Below, one piece after another: positions 28,901 through 43,122 of a DNA stretch of 64,000 nt (position 1 is the stretch's first letter; each line of letters starts with the position of its first letter). The stretch covers positions 62,001-126,000 of the forward strand of contig NW_021833032.1 in the NCBI RefSeq assembly GCF_006345805.1, read 5' to 3'. Source of the DNA: Octopus sinensis. Its lineage: Eukaryota. The notes below the pieces were generated by a model. It was not told the origin of the DNA, searched no databases, and worked only from the letters and a program-made list of their open reading frames with translations. The position numbers and the translations under genes were made by a program.

Positions 28901-31900
28901 CCCTAAACTGACACTTTTGGCTTTCTCGTGAGCTGAATCCAGAACTCAGCTGTCGCGTAAGTTTGTGCGCATATCCTGGGTGAATATCTTCTCACTCGAA
29001 GGTTGTGTTTCACTTTGTCGCAGTTGAACCTCGCCCTCTCCAATCTTCTAAACTTTTGTCCTGGAGTATCAAGACTCCTCACAAGTTTCATATGCGATTT
29101 CATTTTCACTTCTTCTGTCGCCAGATGCCAATAAACTTATGGATTGATTTGGATCTCTTCTGATCGATCTCTTCAGCTCCAGATTGAAATGATCTTTCTT
29201 GAGGTAATGACCTCTTTATGTAGCTTTCCTCTCTACTATTCCATCTTTCTCAAACTTATACACAATTGTCTTGATATTCATTGAATGAACTTTGAAGATG
29301 GAATCTAGAGAATGAATTTCGGTACCATTACTGAAGGACTGAATGATCTTAACCCTCTCAACCTTACTCAGTCGGGTGTGGCTGACACAAAACTATTTCA
29401 TCCTGTTAACTTTCTAGCTAAATATCTCAAATGGTATTTCACTGATTCTTATAAAAACGGGTGTCAGTATGTCCAAACACCTTATGTGCAAAACATGTAA
29501 CAAAAAGCAAAAAGTGTGTTAGTTTAAAATTGTTCAAGAGTATTTGAGCATGGCAGGTTTGCTGTTACACCTGTTATATATTCATGTCTAAGTATATGTG
29601 CGAGTGCGTGTGAATGTATCAAATCTTAACCTATTCTCCATCATCATCACTAGAAACTTCACTAGCACGAACGTCAACATGAAAATCATCATCATTATCT
29701 TCAAAATTATCCTCATTAGAATCATTATCACAATCAGCACCAGCAACATTTTCTTCAACACTACCACATTCTTCCTGTCTTAAGACTGAAAACTATATAC
29801 GACGACGACGTCTGGCACCACCACCTCTCCTCCTCCTCCTCCTCCTCCTCTCCTTCACCAACACCACCATCAGATTCTCTTGTGAAAAGAAACTGCGAAA
29901 AAGCGAAACCAAATCACATGAAAATATAAAAACGAACACTAGTGACTTCTACACATTTCAAAAGTATTTACCTTAGTGCGCAATAACCTATGGCCAGGAG
30001 GATAAGCGAAATACTCAATTAACAATTCGCAAATGCTTTCAATTCCTCATTAGAAAATATGCAAATAAGCAAGGTTGATAAGTTCCTCAGAAAAGAAAGA
30101 AAACATCTGTTATTTCGATGTGAACTTAGTCACGGCTCTATTACAGGTATAATTCTCTGATCCCACATATTAGGTAAGTTATGAGACTCGTTGTCGGAAA
30201 GTAGTTGATTACATTTCGAGAACGAAACCTATTCACTAACATACAGAATGGCTTCTGTCCAGGAAGGAGTTGTCTTACTCAGCAGCTACTGGAATGTGAC
30301 TGGGTACTGAAACAACAGGTGAACTTTTCAAATATGGATGATATCTGGACATCAATATTCCAACATCAGCCATCTTTAACCAGTCTGCAATTAACATGTT
30401 AATGTTTTTAATTTGTTGTGAAGTGTTTCAATATGCGTAGATTTGTAATATTAACAGATTTTTCTTGCAGTCAGAACCTTGTGCGGGTGACCAAATATAT
30501 ACTATATCATGATTGCCAGAGTAGAGGCTTCATTATTACGTTAAGAGTTTTGGAAGAACACCTGTTAATGAAACAATGTGGACATTAGTTAGTTCTATAT
30601 GATGCTTATTTTTGTCATTAAGCGAATGCCACAAAGTTTCTGACCATTTTTGACCAATAGCAGTACTGAGTATTGGATAACTAGAATTTTATTTGAAAGT
30701 ACTTTTTTAGTATGCTGGCATCCGGAATCAGTAAATGTATCATGTTTAACTAGTGTACTTTACGGGTAATTCATGATACTATATAGTATTTTGCACATTT
30801 TACCTATTTTCTAGTATTTAAATAAGATTTTAAAGTATTATTTCCCGTGAAGTAGAATTCAAGTGTCTATGGACTGATACTATTAGGTCGTCAAGTATGA
30901 AATTTGTACTAAGGTATATGGTAAAATTTGATAGCTTCTCGTTTTGCGCCATTATTATATTTTGATAACCTATATTTGTTTTAGAAAGCTGACGCATCTA
31001 GTTCTTTATACTTTGCGCTTTATAAAGTATTTATTAATCGCTTTTTGCTATTTTTGTTTAGGGATGGATAAGTCAGAAATTCGTACAGTTTTTAAATATG
31101 AGTTCTCTTTTGGAAATACAGCATCACTGATAGCTCGGAATATTAGTAGGAAATTTCATTCTAATGTTATTACACAGCAGACAGTATCAAATTGGTTTGC
31201 AATATCTAGTTCTGGTAATTTTGATTTCTCAAATGAACAATGCGATCGACCAGAAACAAAGTTGGATATTTTCGAACTGAAAGCAACCATCGAGTCTGAT
31301 CCATCTCAAAGTGCCTGTGAATTATTGTTGTTGTTTTATGTAAGCAAGCAATATTGACTCACCTAGTTCAAATCGGTAAAGTGAAAACTTTGGATAAGTG
31401 GCTTCGACATGAATTCAATGAAAATCAGAAATAGGAACGTCTGAAAGTCTGCATTATGCTAGTTTCTCGTCGCAAAAATGAATTATTTTTTAATCAAATT
31501 GTAGCGTGATGAGAAATCGATCCAATGCCACAACTGTAGAGGTTAACCACAATGGCTGGACAAAGATGAGCTACCAAAACATAGTTCAAAACGCAAAAAA
31601 GCTGATGGTGTGTGTTTGGTGGTCTGGTCCAGGTCTGATCCTTTATGATATCATTAACCCTGGCTCATTAATCTCAACCGAAGTACACTGCAGCCAACTG
31701 GAACAAATTATGCACAAACATACAAAAACAACCTAGATTAGTCAACAGATCACTCCTATTTTACTGCAAGACAACGCCGGATCATAAATCGAAAAAATAA
31801 CTTTGGCGAAACTACAGGGTTTCGAGTTGGAAGCTCTCCTTCATCTACCTACTCACCCGATATTGCCCCCACTGACTACCACATCTTTCAGAATTTCACT

Positions 31901-34322
31901 AACTTTTTGCTAGGAAAAAACATTAATTCCGATGATGCTATAAAACAAGCCTTCCAGGAATTTATTGTCTCTAGACTGCCAGGCGTTTATAGTTCCGTGC
32001 TGCACAGGCTATCGCTGAAATGGCAAAAGTGTATTGAAAATATGGGTGCATACATTGAAGAATAAAACTATTCCTTGTATTTACAAAACATTGGTTTTCG
32101 ATAATTTTCATACTTGACGACCTAATATGAAAGAAGATACATGTTTTTCTAAACAGTTAAGAGACAAACATTAATTCCTACATATATTTTGAATATGTTT
32201 CTTAAAGTTGTGAATTGGTGTTAAGATAAATGTTTTAATTATTCATGATTGATTTTTGCAATTTCGTCATTATATTGCTCCTGGAATATATAATATTTGT
32301 ACATTCGATGAGAATGTGATGTAAAACCAACATCGTGCACAAAACAATGTCTCGATGTCTTGTTATTCTTATAGCTTATTTTCGGCCATCTTTTGTTAAT
32401 CGGTTATCACAGAAACCTTCTCTTCCCTCAGGATATCTAAGTGAGAATAATGGAAACTACTCTTGTCCAAACTATAGGCAGAAACCTCATAGAGAAATAA
32501 ACATCTTTGTAGTAAACATGTGCTTCTATTTGGTTAGTTTAGACAGTATATTAAAAGTAGAAAACAGACTTATTAATTGTACATATTTTAACTTATAGAA
32601 TACTTGTTTCTCTTTTCCAGATATTTGGGAAACAACCAAATACGAAATTATGAGGATGGCGCGTTCTTATTCCTTCCCAGTATTTATAACATGTATGTAC
32701 AACAATTCTTTCTTTATTGGAAAACCAAAAGTTTGTGTAAACACATGAATAGATGCCATCAGACTAAAATCATAAAAAATGATATCATCAAATTCACAGA
32801 TATTCAATACAGTTGACAATAAATAGCAATGTTTTGGTTTTCATTTTAATGTGGCACCATGAATATTTCTGAGTATTGTGTTTTGTCATTGCAACGTCAG
32901 TGTTCAAACAACATGAAGGTTGGTTTGATATAGTTTCATCCATGTTCGGAAATACGAGGTGTATTCAAAAGGCGTCCAATATTTGGCTAGAAAAGTATCC
33001 AACCTTTGTACATTTCATAAATTTTATTTAATCTTCTTCAAAATACTCCTCTTGGGATTTCACTCACTTGTCTCAAGTTTTGTCATTGATTCTTTCATTT
33101 CTGGAACACCTTGTTGAGAGTGTTATGCAGCTCTGCTGTCCTCTCTCCACTCGGATCGCTTCTCTTTCAGCGTCGTTTTTACTTGTGGAAAGAGTCAGAA
33201 GTCACATGGCCATGTGGGGAGAGTTGGGAGCCTAACGAAAAAGGGGTCTGTTGCTTTTGATCATGAAAGCTTGGATTACGAAGTGCATTCAAAATGTATC
33301 TGAATTTATGTTTTCGCTGGTATTCGCTGCATGTACAAATCCTCCGTTAAATTATAATACACTGATCCTCTGCTTATTTCAACTTCGTGAATAATTCCCT
33401 GGATTGTTACATTACGATCTGCGATGACTAATTACCGAAGCTTCTCAATCAGCTCCTCGTTTTGCCTTCTTTATGGCCTGCCTCAGCGTGCTTCGCTCGC
33501 CTCTGAGGTTCGGCCAATTGTACCACTCTTTGTTCTACGATTTGCCCATCATTAATAAGAGCCTGCCGAATCTAGTCGTTGGTGTAAGTTTGAGTAACAG
33601 CCTTCTTCGACACTAAATGCAATATCTCTGCCCGATGTACCCCTAACACCCAGAGACTGGTGCAGCATTTCCTGTTTTGACATTCACTTAACAAACATCC
33701 TAAATTAAGCACCACATGGATTTAATCACATGGATCTCAATCCTCCAAGGTAATTTTTCCAAGAACTATCATTGAACTCGAGATACACAAACATTTTACA
33801 ATGTTTCGGTGAACCTATTTTTAAATTTTTGTATATGTTTATTATTTTTTGCAAAAAACAATGTAATTTTCTGTTTTCCCCATCTTCAATTATAAAAACA
33901 ATTTCTTTTCACCTTATAATTCTTGAAAAGTCGCATTGCCACGAAAAAACCGGTTTGAATTGATATATATATTTATTTTTTTAAAAAATTTTCCATACAC
34001 CCATTATCAACACAACCCCACCATTTATTGATTTATATATAAGTATATATATATATATATATACATATATATACGTATATATGTATATATATATATGCAT
34101 ATATGTATATATATATATGTATATATGTATATATATGCATATATATATGTATATATATATATATATATATATGTATATTATATATGTATATATATATGTG
34201 TATATATATATAGGTATGTATATATATATATATGTATTGATGTATATAAATATATATGTATATATGTGTATATATATGCATATATGTAAATATATATGTA
34301 TATATATGTATATATATGTATA

Positions 34323-34361
<39 letters not shown>

Positions 34362-35089
34362 GCATAGATTTATATATATACATGTATACATATATGTATA
34401 TATACATATATGCATTTATATAAATAACAATTCATAGCTTGCTGTCTAGGTGGGTGGATGTTTGTCTACTAGCTTGTTAGTCGCTTGCTACCTGTCTGGC
34501 TGGCTGGCTGGTTGGTTGGTAACTATAGGGAAAGAGAATTACCAAAAGCTCCACGTTCTGGAAACAAATTCAAAATAACAGTTGCGTCCACATATATTTT
34601 TTTGGAACTTTAAATAGACGAAGCGAATGGTAGGTTGTGTTTTATGTCTACAGAACTGGGTTGGTGTCCCACGATAAACATTGGAATTGTTTGTATCGAA
34701 AATCGTTTTTAACCCAATGTTCCCAATTTGAAGTAGAAAAAGATCCAGAGAGAAATATTTAGTCAATGCCCTCATCTAAGACATTTCCTACTTCAAACTT
34801 GGAATTCCCCATTCGTTGAATAGTCCTACCACAGTTCTTTCGAATATCGTCAAGAGCAAAGCCCCGATGTATGGAGACAACACAATCATGCTAATCCAGT
34901 CCTGCCCGCAGCATCGATAATTTATTTCTTCTTTACGAAACTAAGTAACCGTGGCGTATTTCTTCCTCCAGTTTCCAGAGAGGTTATGCGTCTTCAGACA
35001 TTTGACACTGACGAGGTGACATTGCTGCTAATCGCTTTGTAGGCGCGAAATTAATGGTGCTTATCTTTCGTATACATGTACTACAGACG

Positions 35090-35120
<31 letters not shown>

Positions 35121-38100
35121 TAAAAGGAATTCCAACCTTGTCTGATTTTCACGTTTTATTTACAATCTTATAATGATATATTATAAGATAATATAATATA
35201 ATAGAATAAAATAAAATAAAATAGTAGAATGCTAAATGTTCATTCTGATTGAACTAGTACTTTCATACATTAATTTCTGCAATCTTCAGGTTTATGTAGT
35301 AGTGGTGACAGTCATGCTTCACAAATTTTGACTGTAGCAAGATGATTGAATCTGTGCCTTAAATACAGATGGGTAGGCACCAGATTGCTAGGTTTTGCAA
35401 ACTGTATTCTGACCAATCAGTGTGTAGTATCACTCAATTACTTAAGCTGATTGGTTGGTTGAGCTGATTAGTTTAGGCGTCACGCCTTGTTGAACATGTC
35501 AAGAGTCCTGTAACTTGACCCTGGGCGAGGCAGCAATTGTTGGGCTATTTTTAGAAATGTTGTAAATAGCCTTTGTCAGAGATTTTTATATTTTTATGTT
35601 TCAATTGTCATCATCATCATTGTCAGTACCTTAATTATTGTTGCTAGTGGTGATGGTGGTGGCAATAGAACTTTTAACCCTAAATAAGATAATTTTCCTG
35701 CTATCCAGGTATTATTATTATTGCTTATTTAGCTTGGGTTCGAATTTATCAATAAAATTCTTTTCTCTAATTTTCCTCTCGATTTCACTTGGGTTGTGTA
35801 ATTTATAGAATGGAAATATTATATATATTTTCCGACCACATGTTGCTAGGTGGTTACTCAAAGGTATCTGACGGACCTCTGGGTCTCTAATCTGTTGTCG
35901 GTGTACACGTGAGCGTTCTGATAGTGCATTTCCCGTCTGACCTACATATATTTCTTCACAATTTGGGCATTTGATGCAGTAACTTAAATTTCTGCTTTCG
36001 CAGTTCATATTCGCGTTTGTGAATATTTTCCCGGTTTTTGTATTTATATATTGGCCGGTATGTATGAATTGGCATTTATATTAGACACAGTCAAACTTAT
36101 TCTAGAAAACAACACATTCTCCTTCAATGGAAAGAATTACATCCAAATTAGAGGCACGGCGATGGGAACGAGGTTTGCTCCCGTTTACGCCAACTCTGTA
36201 ATGGGATGCTTAGAACAACAACTCTACCAAGAGGTGGAGGTAAACTATGGCACTGGATTTAGAAAGTATATTGAAAAGGCATGGAAGACTGCTTCATAAT
36301 CTGGACAGAATCTCTAAATACTCTGGAAGAGTTCAATATCCTCCTGAACAACCTACACCCATCTCTCCAATTTACAAAGGAGATAAGTAGTACCAAATCA
36401 CCATTCCTAGATATAACGGTAATTAAAAAAGACACCACCATCATCACAGATATATTCTATAAACAGACAGACACACATCAATGACTAAATTTTAAGTCGT
36501 GCCATCCACCACATACAAAAAGCAATATCCTATACTGCCTAGCCAGAAGAATTTGTACCATTATAGAAGATGCAAATATCATGATCAAACGCCTAACAGA
36601 ACTAAGAGAATATTTGCTCAAACAAAAATACCCATACAACAACTTAGGACAACCCAAGGAAGAGGAAAACAAGAACAAGTCATACCATTCATAGTGACAC
36701 ACAACCCATGTCACCAGATAATCTTCAACATTACCAAAGAAAACCTGCCAATCATTGCCCAAAATAATGAATTAAAAGACATAATCACGGATCGAGCTAT
36801 GTTTCTTAGTAAAAGACAGCCTAAAGTCTTGAGAAAATTACTAACAAAGGCAAAATTTGAGATTAGCAACAAATTTCTTAATTATATTTAATTTCTTTCG
36901 TCATAATATTTAACATTTTGACACTAATCTTTCCTATATGTTTGTTATGAACTCCGTTTTATGTTTCAGGGATTTGCATGGCAATAATATAAAGTATATT
37001 CAACGCGGTACCTTCGAAAACCTTCAGAATTTAAAATATCTGTGAGTTGGGTCGCTTTTGTTCGTACCATCTATTTCCCAATATATCTATATTGTTAATA
37101 TTTTCTCCAACTTTGTTTTCTATCTCTCTTTCTAGAGTGTATCTGTCTAACAACCGTTCACTCTCTCCATAGTTTTCTCTGAGTGTATGTGTGAATGCGT
37201 GTTTGTGAAAGTGTAGGCGTGTGGATGAATGAGCTTCTTTTTTACTTACTTCTTATGCATAGGTAATCATGTTCTTGTTTCTAAACATCCGTTTACCTAA
37301 TATTCAAATTCTCATTATTCAGCTATATTCTATCATTTTTTCTCGTTCTTTACTTCTTTATTCTAGTTTTCTAAGTTTATCTTTTAATCTTCATATGTTA
37401 TGTGTATGGATGTACAGACACCGAGTATATCAGAAAAAAGTGTCCAAATTTTAGATAGAACTTCGGAACGTTGTGTCACAGTATTACTGAAAGGTAACAG
37501 AACTATCAGCGGCTTTTCTAACACAAATGGACCCTATTTTGAGCAAGACGAAATGTGAGGTCCTCTCCAAGCTCTCATAAATAATAATGAATGAATTGGC
37601 GAAGATGAAATTCTATGTTTTAACATAGTTCAGGATTGGGAGTTCATGGAACATTGGAATAAAGTTCAAACGGAAAGTTTTAAAGTTATATTTGAAAGGT
37701 TGAGTAAGAATTTTGGTCAAACCTCTGGTTTTTAGGCATCATGAGTTACTCCTTGTTTGCCAAAGACTTTATCAACCCTTTTCCTGTCTTACCACAAGAT
37801 TTCTTGTGGAAATTCTCATCAATGTCCTATTCCCACGTCCTAAAAATGGAGGTTCGAGGGCTTTCAGATAGGTGTGGGGCTACTCATAAACTTTTTTACG
37901 ATCAGTTCATGTCAGATGCTGACGTCCAAAGGGCTCAAACCAGGTCCTTATCCTAAAACCTTTTCGCAAACTCATCCATGGGAAACATTTGTCTCACTAC
38001 ACTTGTGTCACAAGGAACATCCTCTTACCATCAGAGATCATGCAGTTGAAAATTATCACTTAGTCAGGTGTTTGCCCCTAAACTGACACTTTTGGCTTTC

Positions 38101-41100
38101 TCGTGAGCTGAATCCAGAACTCAGCTGTCGCGTAAGTTTGTGCGCATATCCTGGGTGAATATCTTCTCACTCGAAGGTTGTGTTTCACTTTGTCGCAGTT
38201 GAACCTCGCCCTCTCCAATCTTCTAAACTTTTGTCCTGGAGTATCAAGACTCCTCACAAGTTTCATATGCGATTTCATTTTCACTTCTTCTGTCACCAGA
38301 TGCCAATAAACTTATGGATTGATTTGGATCTCTTCTGATCGATCTCTTCAGCTCCAGATTGAAATGATCTTTCTTGAGGTAATGACCTCTTTATGTAGCT
38401 TTCCTCTCTACTATTCCATCTTTCTCAAACTTATACACAATTGTCTTGATATCATTGAATGAACTTTGAAGATGGAATCTAGAGAATGAATTTCGGTACC
38501 ATTACTGAAGGACTGAATGATCTTAACCCTCTCAACCTTACTCAGTCGGGTGTGGCTGACACAAAACTATTTCATCCTGTTAACTTTCTAGCTAAATATC
38601 TCAAATGGTATTTCACTGATTCTTATAAAAACGGGTGTCAGTATGTCCAAACACCTTATGTGCAAAACATGTAACAAAAAGCAAAAAGTGTGTTAGTTTA
38701 AAATTGTTCAAGAGTATTTGAGCATGGCAGGTTTGCTGTTACACCTGTTATATATTCATGTCTAAGTATATGTGCGAGTGCGTGTGAATGTATCAAATCT
38801 TAACCTATTCTCCATCATCATCACTAGAAACTTCACTAGCACGAACGTCAACATGAAAATCATCATCATTATCTTCAAAATTATCCTCATTAGAATCATT
38901 ATCACAATCAGCACCAGCAACATTTTCTTCAACACTACCACATTCTTCCTGTCTTAAGACTGAAAACTATATACGACGACGACGTCTGGCACCACCACCT
39001 CTCCTCCTCCTCCTCCTCCTCCTCTCCTTCACCAACACCACCATCAGATTCTCTTGTGAAAAGAAACTGCGAAAAAGCGAAACCAAATCACATGAAAATA
39101 TAAAAACGAACACTAGTGACTTCTACACATTTCAAAAGTATTTACCTTAGTGCGCAATAACCTATGGCCAGGAGGATAAGCGAAATACTCAATTAACAAT
39201 TCGCAAATGCTTTCAATTCCTCATTAGAAAATATGCAAATAAGCAAGCTTGATAAGTTCCTCAGAAAAGAAAAAAAACATCTGTTATTTCGATGTGAACT
39301 TAGTCACGGCTCTATTACAGGTATAATTCTCTGATCTCATATATTAGGTAAGTTATGAGACTCGTCGGAAAGTAGTTGATTACATTTCGAGAACGAAACC
39401 TATTCACTAACATACAGAATGGCTTCTGTCCAGGAAGGAGTTGTCTTACTCAGCAGCTACTGGAATGTGACTGGGTACTGAAACAACAGGTGAACTTTTC
39501 AAATATGGATGATATCTGGACATCAATATTCCAACATCAGCCATCTTTAACCAGTCAGCAATTAGCATGTTAATGTTTTTAATTTGTTGTGAAGTGTTTC
39601 AATATGCGTAGATTTAACAGATTTTTCTTGCAGTCAGAACCTTGTGCGGGTGACCAAATATATACTATATCATGATTGCCAGAGTAGAGGCTTCATTATT
39701 ACGTTAAGAGTTTTGGAAGAACACCTGTTAATGAAACAATGTGGACATTAGTTAGTTCTATATGATGCTTATTTTTGTCATTAAGCGAATGCCACAAAGG
39801 TTTTTCCATTTTTGACCAATAGCAGTACTGTGTATTGTATAACTAGAATTTAATTTGAAAGTACTTTTTTAGTATGCTTGCATCCGGAATCAGTAAATGT
39901 ATCATGTTTAACTAGTGTACTTTACGGGTAATTCATGATACTACATAGTATTTTGCATATTTTACCAATTTTCTAGTATTTAAATAAGATTTTAAAGTAT
40001 TATTTCCCGTGAAGTAGACTTCAAGTGTCTATGGACTGATACTATTAGGTCGTCAAGTAAGAAATTTGTAGTAAGGTATATGGTAAAATTTGACAGCTTC
40101 TCGTTTTGCGCCTTTATTATATTTTGATAACCTATATTTGTTTTAGAAAGCTGACACATCTAGTTCTTTATACTTTGCGCTTTTGTTAATCGGTTATCAC
40201 AGAAACCTTCTCTTCCCTCATGATATCTAAGTGAGAATAATGGAAACTACTCTTGTCCAAACTATAGGCAGAAACCTCATAGAGAAATAAACATCTTTGT
40301 AGTAAACATGAGCTTTTATTTGGTTAGTTTAGACAGTATATTAAAAGTAGAAAACAGACTTATTAATTGTATATATTCTAACTTACAGAATACTTGTTTC
40401 TTTTTTCCAGATATTTGAGAAACAACCAAATACGAAATTATGAGGATGGCGCGTTCTTATTCCTTCCCAGTATTTATTACATGTATGTACAACAATTCTT
40501 TCTTTATTGGAAAACCAAAAGTTTGTGTAAACACATGAATAGATGCCATCAGACTAAAATCATAAAAAATGATATCAAATTCACAGATATTCAATACAGT
40601 TGACAATAAATAGCAATGTTTTGGTTTTCATTTTAATGTGGCACCATGAATATTTCTGAGTATTGTGTTTTGTCATGGCAACGTCAGTGTTCAAACAACA
40701 TGAAGGTTGGTTTGATATAGTTTCATCCATGTTCGGAAATACGAGGTGTATTCAAAAGGCGTCCAATATTTGGCTACAAAAGTATCCAACCTTTGTCCAT
40801 TTCATAAATTTTATTTAATCTTCTTCAAAATACTCCTCTTGGGATTTCACTCACTTGTCCCAAGTTTTGTCATTGTTTCTATCATTTCTGGAACACCTTC
40901 TTGAGAGTGTTATGCATCTCTGCTGTCCTCTCTTCACTCGGATCGCTTCTCTTTCAGCGTCGTTTTTAGTTTTGGAAAGAGACAGAAGTCACATGGCGCC
41001 ATGTGGGGAGAGTTGGGAGCCTATCGAAAGAGGGGTCTGTTGCTATTGATCATAAATGATTGGATTACGAAGTGCATTCAAAATGTATCTGAATTTATGT

Positions 41101-42066
41101 TTTCGCTGATATTCTCTGCATGCACAAATCCTCCGTTAAAATATAATACACTGATCCTCTGCTTATTTCAACTTCGTGAATAATTCCCTGGATTGTTACA
41201 TTACGATCTTCGATGACTAATTACCCAAGCTTCTCAATCAGCTCTGAGGTTCGGCCATGTTTGAAGTGGTTGTACCACTCTTTGTTCAACGTTTTGCCAA
41301 TGGCATCATCAATAAGAGCCTGCCGAATCTTCTCGTTGATGTCAGGTTGAGTAACACTCAGTCTTCTTCGAAACTAAATGCAATATCTCTGCTCGATGTA
41401 CCCGTAACAACAGGGGACTGGTGCAGCCTACCGGCGTGGGACACTGATGCGCCATACCGGCGTGTAATACCAAGGCGTCAGGCTGGCGCGGCATATTAGC
41501 GAGGAAAGTTCCAGGCATATGCAGGAAGGATGGCGTCACATCCCACCTAAAGGATTTTGCCCACGAAGCATAAGTTTTGGCGAAACAATCATACATTTTG
41601 AATGTATTTCGTACATAAAATAAATTGAAACTGGTTCACAGGTATACACATACACACACACACACACGCACACAGACATTTAGAAGATTCAAAAGCTGGA
41701 GGATAGCTGTGAAAAGGTTAGAATGTTGAGTGAAAATACACTTTCAAGATGAGGTAAAGGAGCCAGTAAGTAGACTCAAACTGAACAATTCAAATTCTAC
41801 ATGAGCAGTCAGCACCATTGAGCTATATGATCAATGCTAGTAAACGGTGCCTTTAACAAGGTTAAATTATAACGTTTGGAATGTGGATGCATTTTTCATA
41901 AACAAACATCAAAGTTTTGAGTGTGTTCGATTCTCTCTCTCTCTCTATATATATATAATTATATATATACATATATGCTGATACCCTCTTCGGTCATGAC
42001 TGACCATGGGATTGCACCTAGAATGTTACCCTCCCAGGGCAAGTCCGGGAGGGCAAGATTATTATG

Positions 42067-42129
<63 letters not shown>

Positions 42130-42195
42130 TATATATGCATATATATGTATAATATGTATATATATATATGTATGTATACATATATGTATATATAT

Positions 42196-42243
<48 letters not shown>

Positions 42244-42282
42244 CATGCATAGATATATATGTATACATATATGTATACATAC

Positions 42283-42344
<62 letters not shown>

Positions 42345-43080
42345 ACATATATGTATATATACATATATGCATATATATAAATAACAATTCATAGCTTGCT
42401 GTCTAGGTGGGTGGATGTTTGTCTACTAGCTTGTTAGTCGCTTGCTACCTGTCTGGCTGGCTGGCTGGTTGGTTGGTAACTATAGGGAAAGAGAATTACC
42501 AAAAGCCCCACGTTCTGGAAACAAATTCAAAATAACAATTACAAAATCCTTAACCACACAGCCTTACTTGCGTCCACATATATTTTGTTTGGAATATTGA
42601 AACTTTAAATAGACGAAGCGAATGGTAGGTTGTGTTTTATGTCTACAGAACTGGGTTGGTGTCCCACGATAAACATTGGAATTTTTTGTATCGAAAATCG
42701 TTTTTAACCCAATGTTCCAAATTTGAAGTAGGAAAAGATCCAGAGAGAAATATTTAGTCAATGCCCTCATCTAAGACATTTCCTACTTCAAACTTGGAAT
42801 TCTCCATTCGTTGAATAGTCCTACCACAGTTCTTTCGAATATCGTCAAGAGCAAAGCCGATGTATGGAGACAACACCATCATGCTAATCCAGTCCTGCCC
42901 GCAGCATCGATAATTTATTTCTTCTTTACAAAACCAAGTAACCGTTGCGTATTTATTCCTCCAGTTTTTGGAGAGGTTATGCGTCTTCAGACATTTGACA
43001 CTGACGAGGTGACATTGCTGCTAATCGCTTTGTAGGCGCGAAATTAATGGTGCTTCTCTTTCGTATACATGTACTACAGA

Positions 43081-43122
<42 letters not shown>

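Larger units (their letters stand above)
27680..35090 (+). repeat. Tandem segmental duplication, copy A (contains exons 3-4)
   Basis: Colinear with 36874-43083; long near-identical tracts plus several indels. Confidence 0.95.
36874..43083 (+). repeat. Tandem segmental duplication, copy B (contains exons 5-6)
   Basis: Colinear with 27680-35090; lacks 1372 bp including most of the mariner; has a different segment at ~41428-42060. Confidence 0.95.

Noticed and set aside
30205-30402. ORF with [13 protein letters not shown] as an extra exon (copy at 39376-39573)
   Set aside because: Matches the CR1 RT QxGFxxGRSCLTQL motif, so it is a LINE scrap.
27185-37956. Three-copy [13 protein letters not shown] as a small gene family
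   Set aside because: Short ORFs within duplicated intronic repeat sequence, with differing stops and no recognisable domain or splice support.
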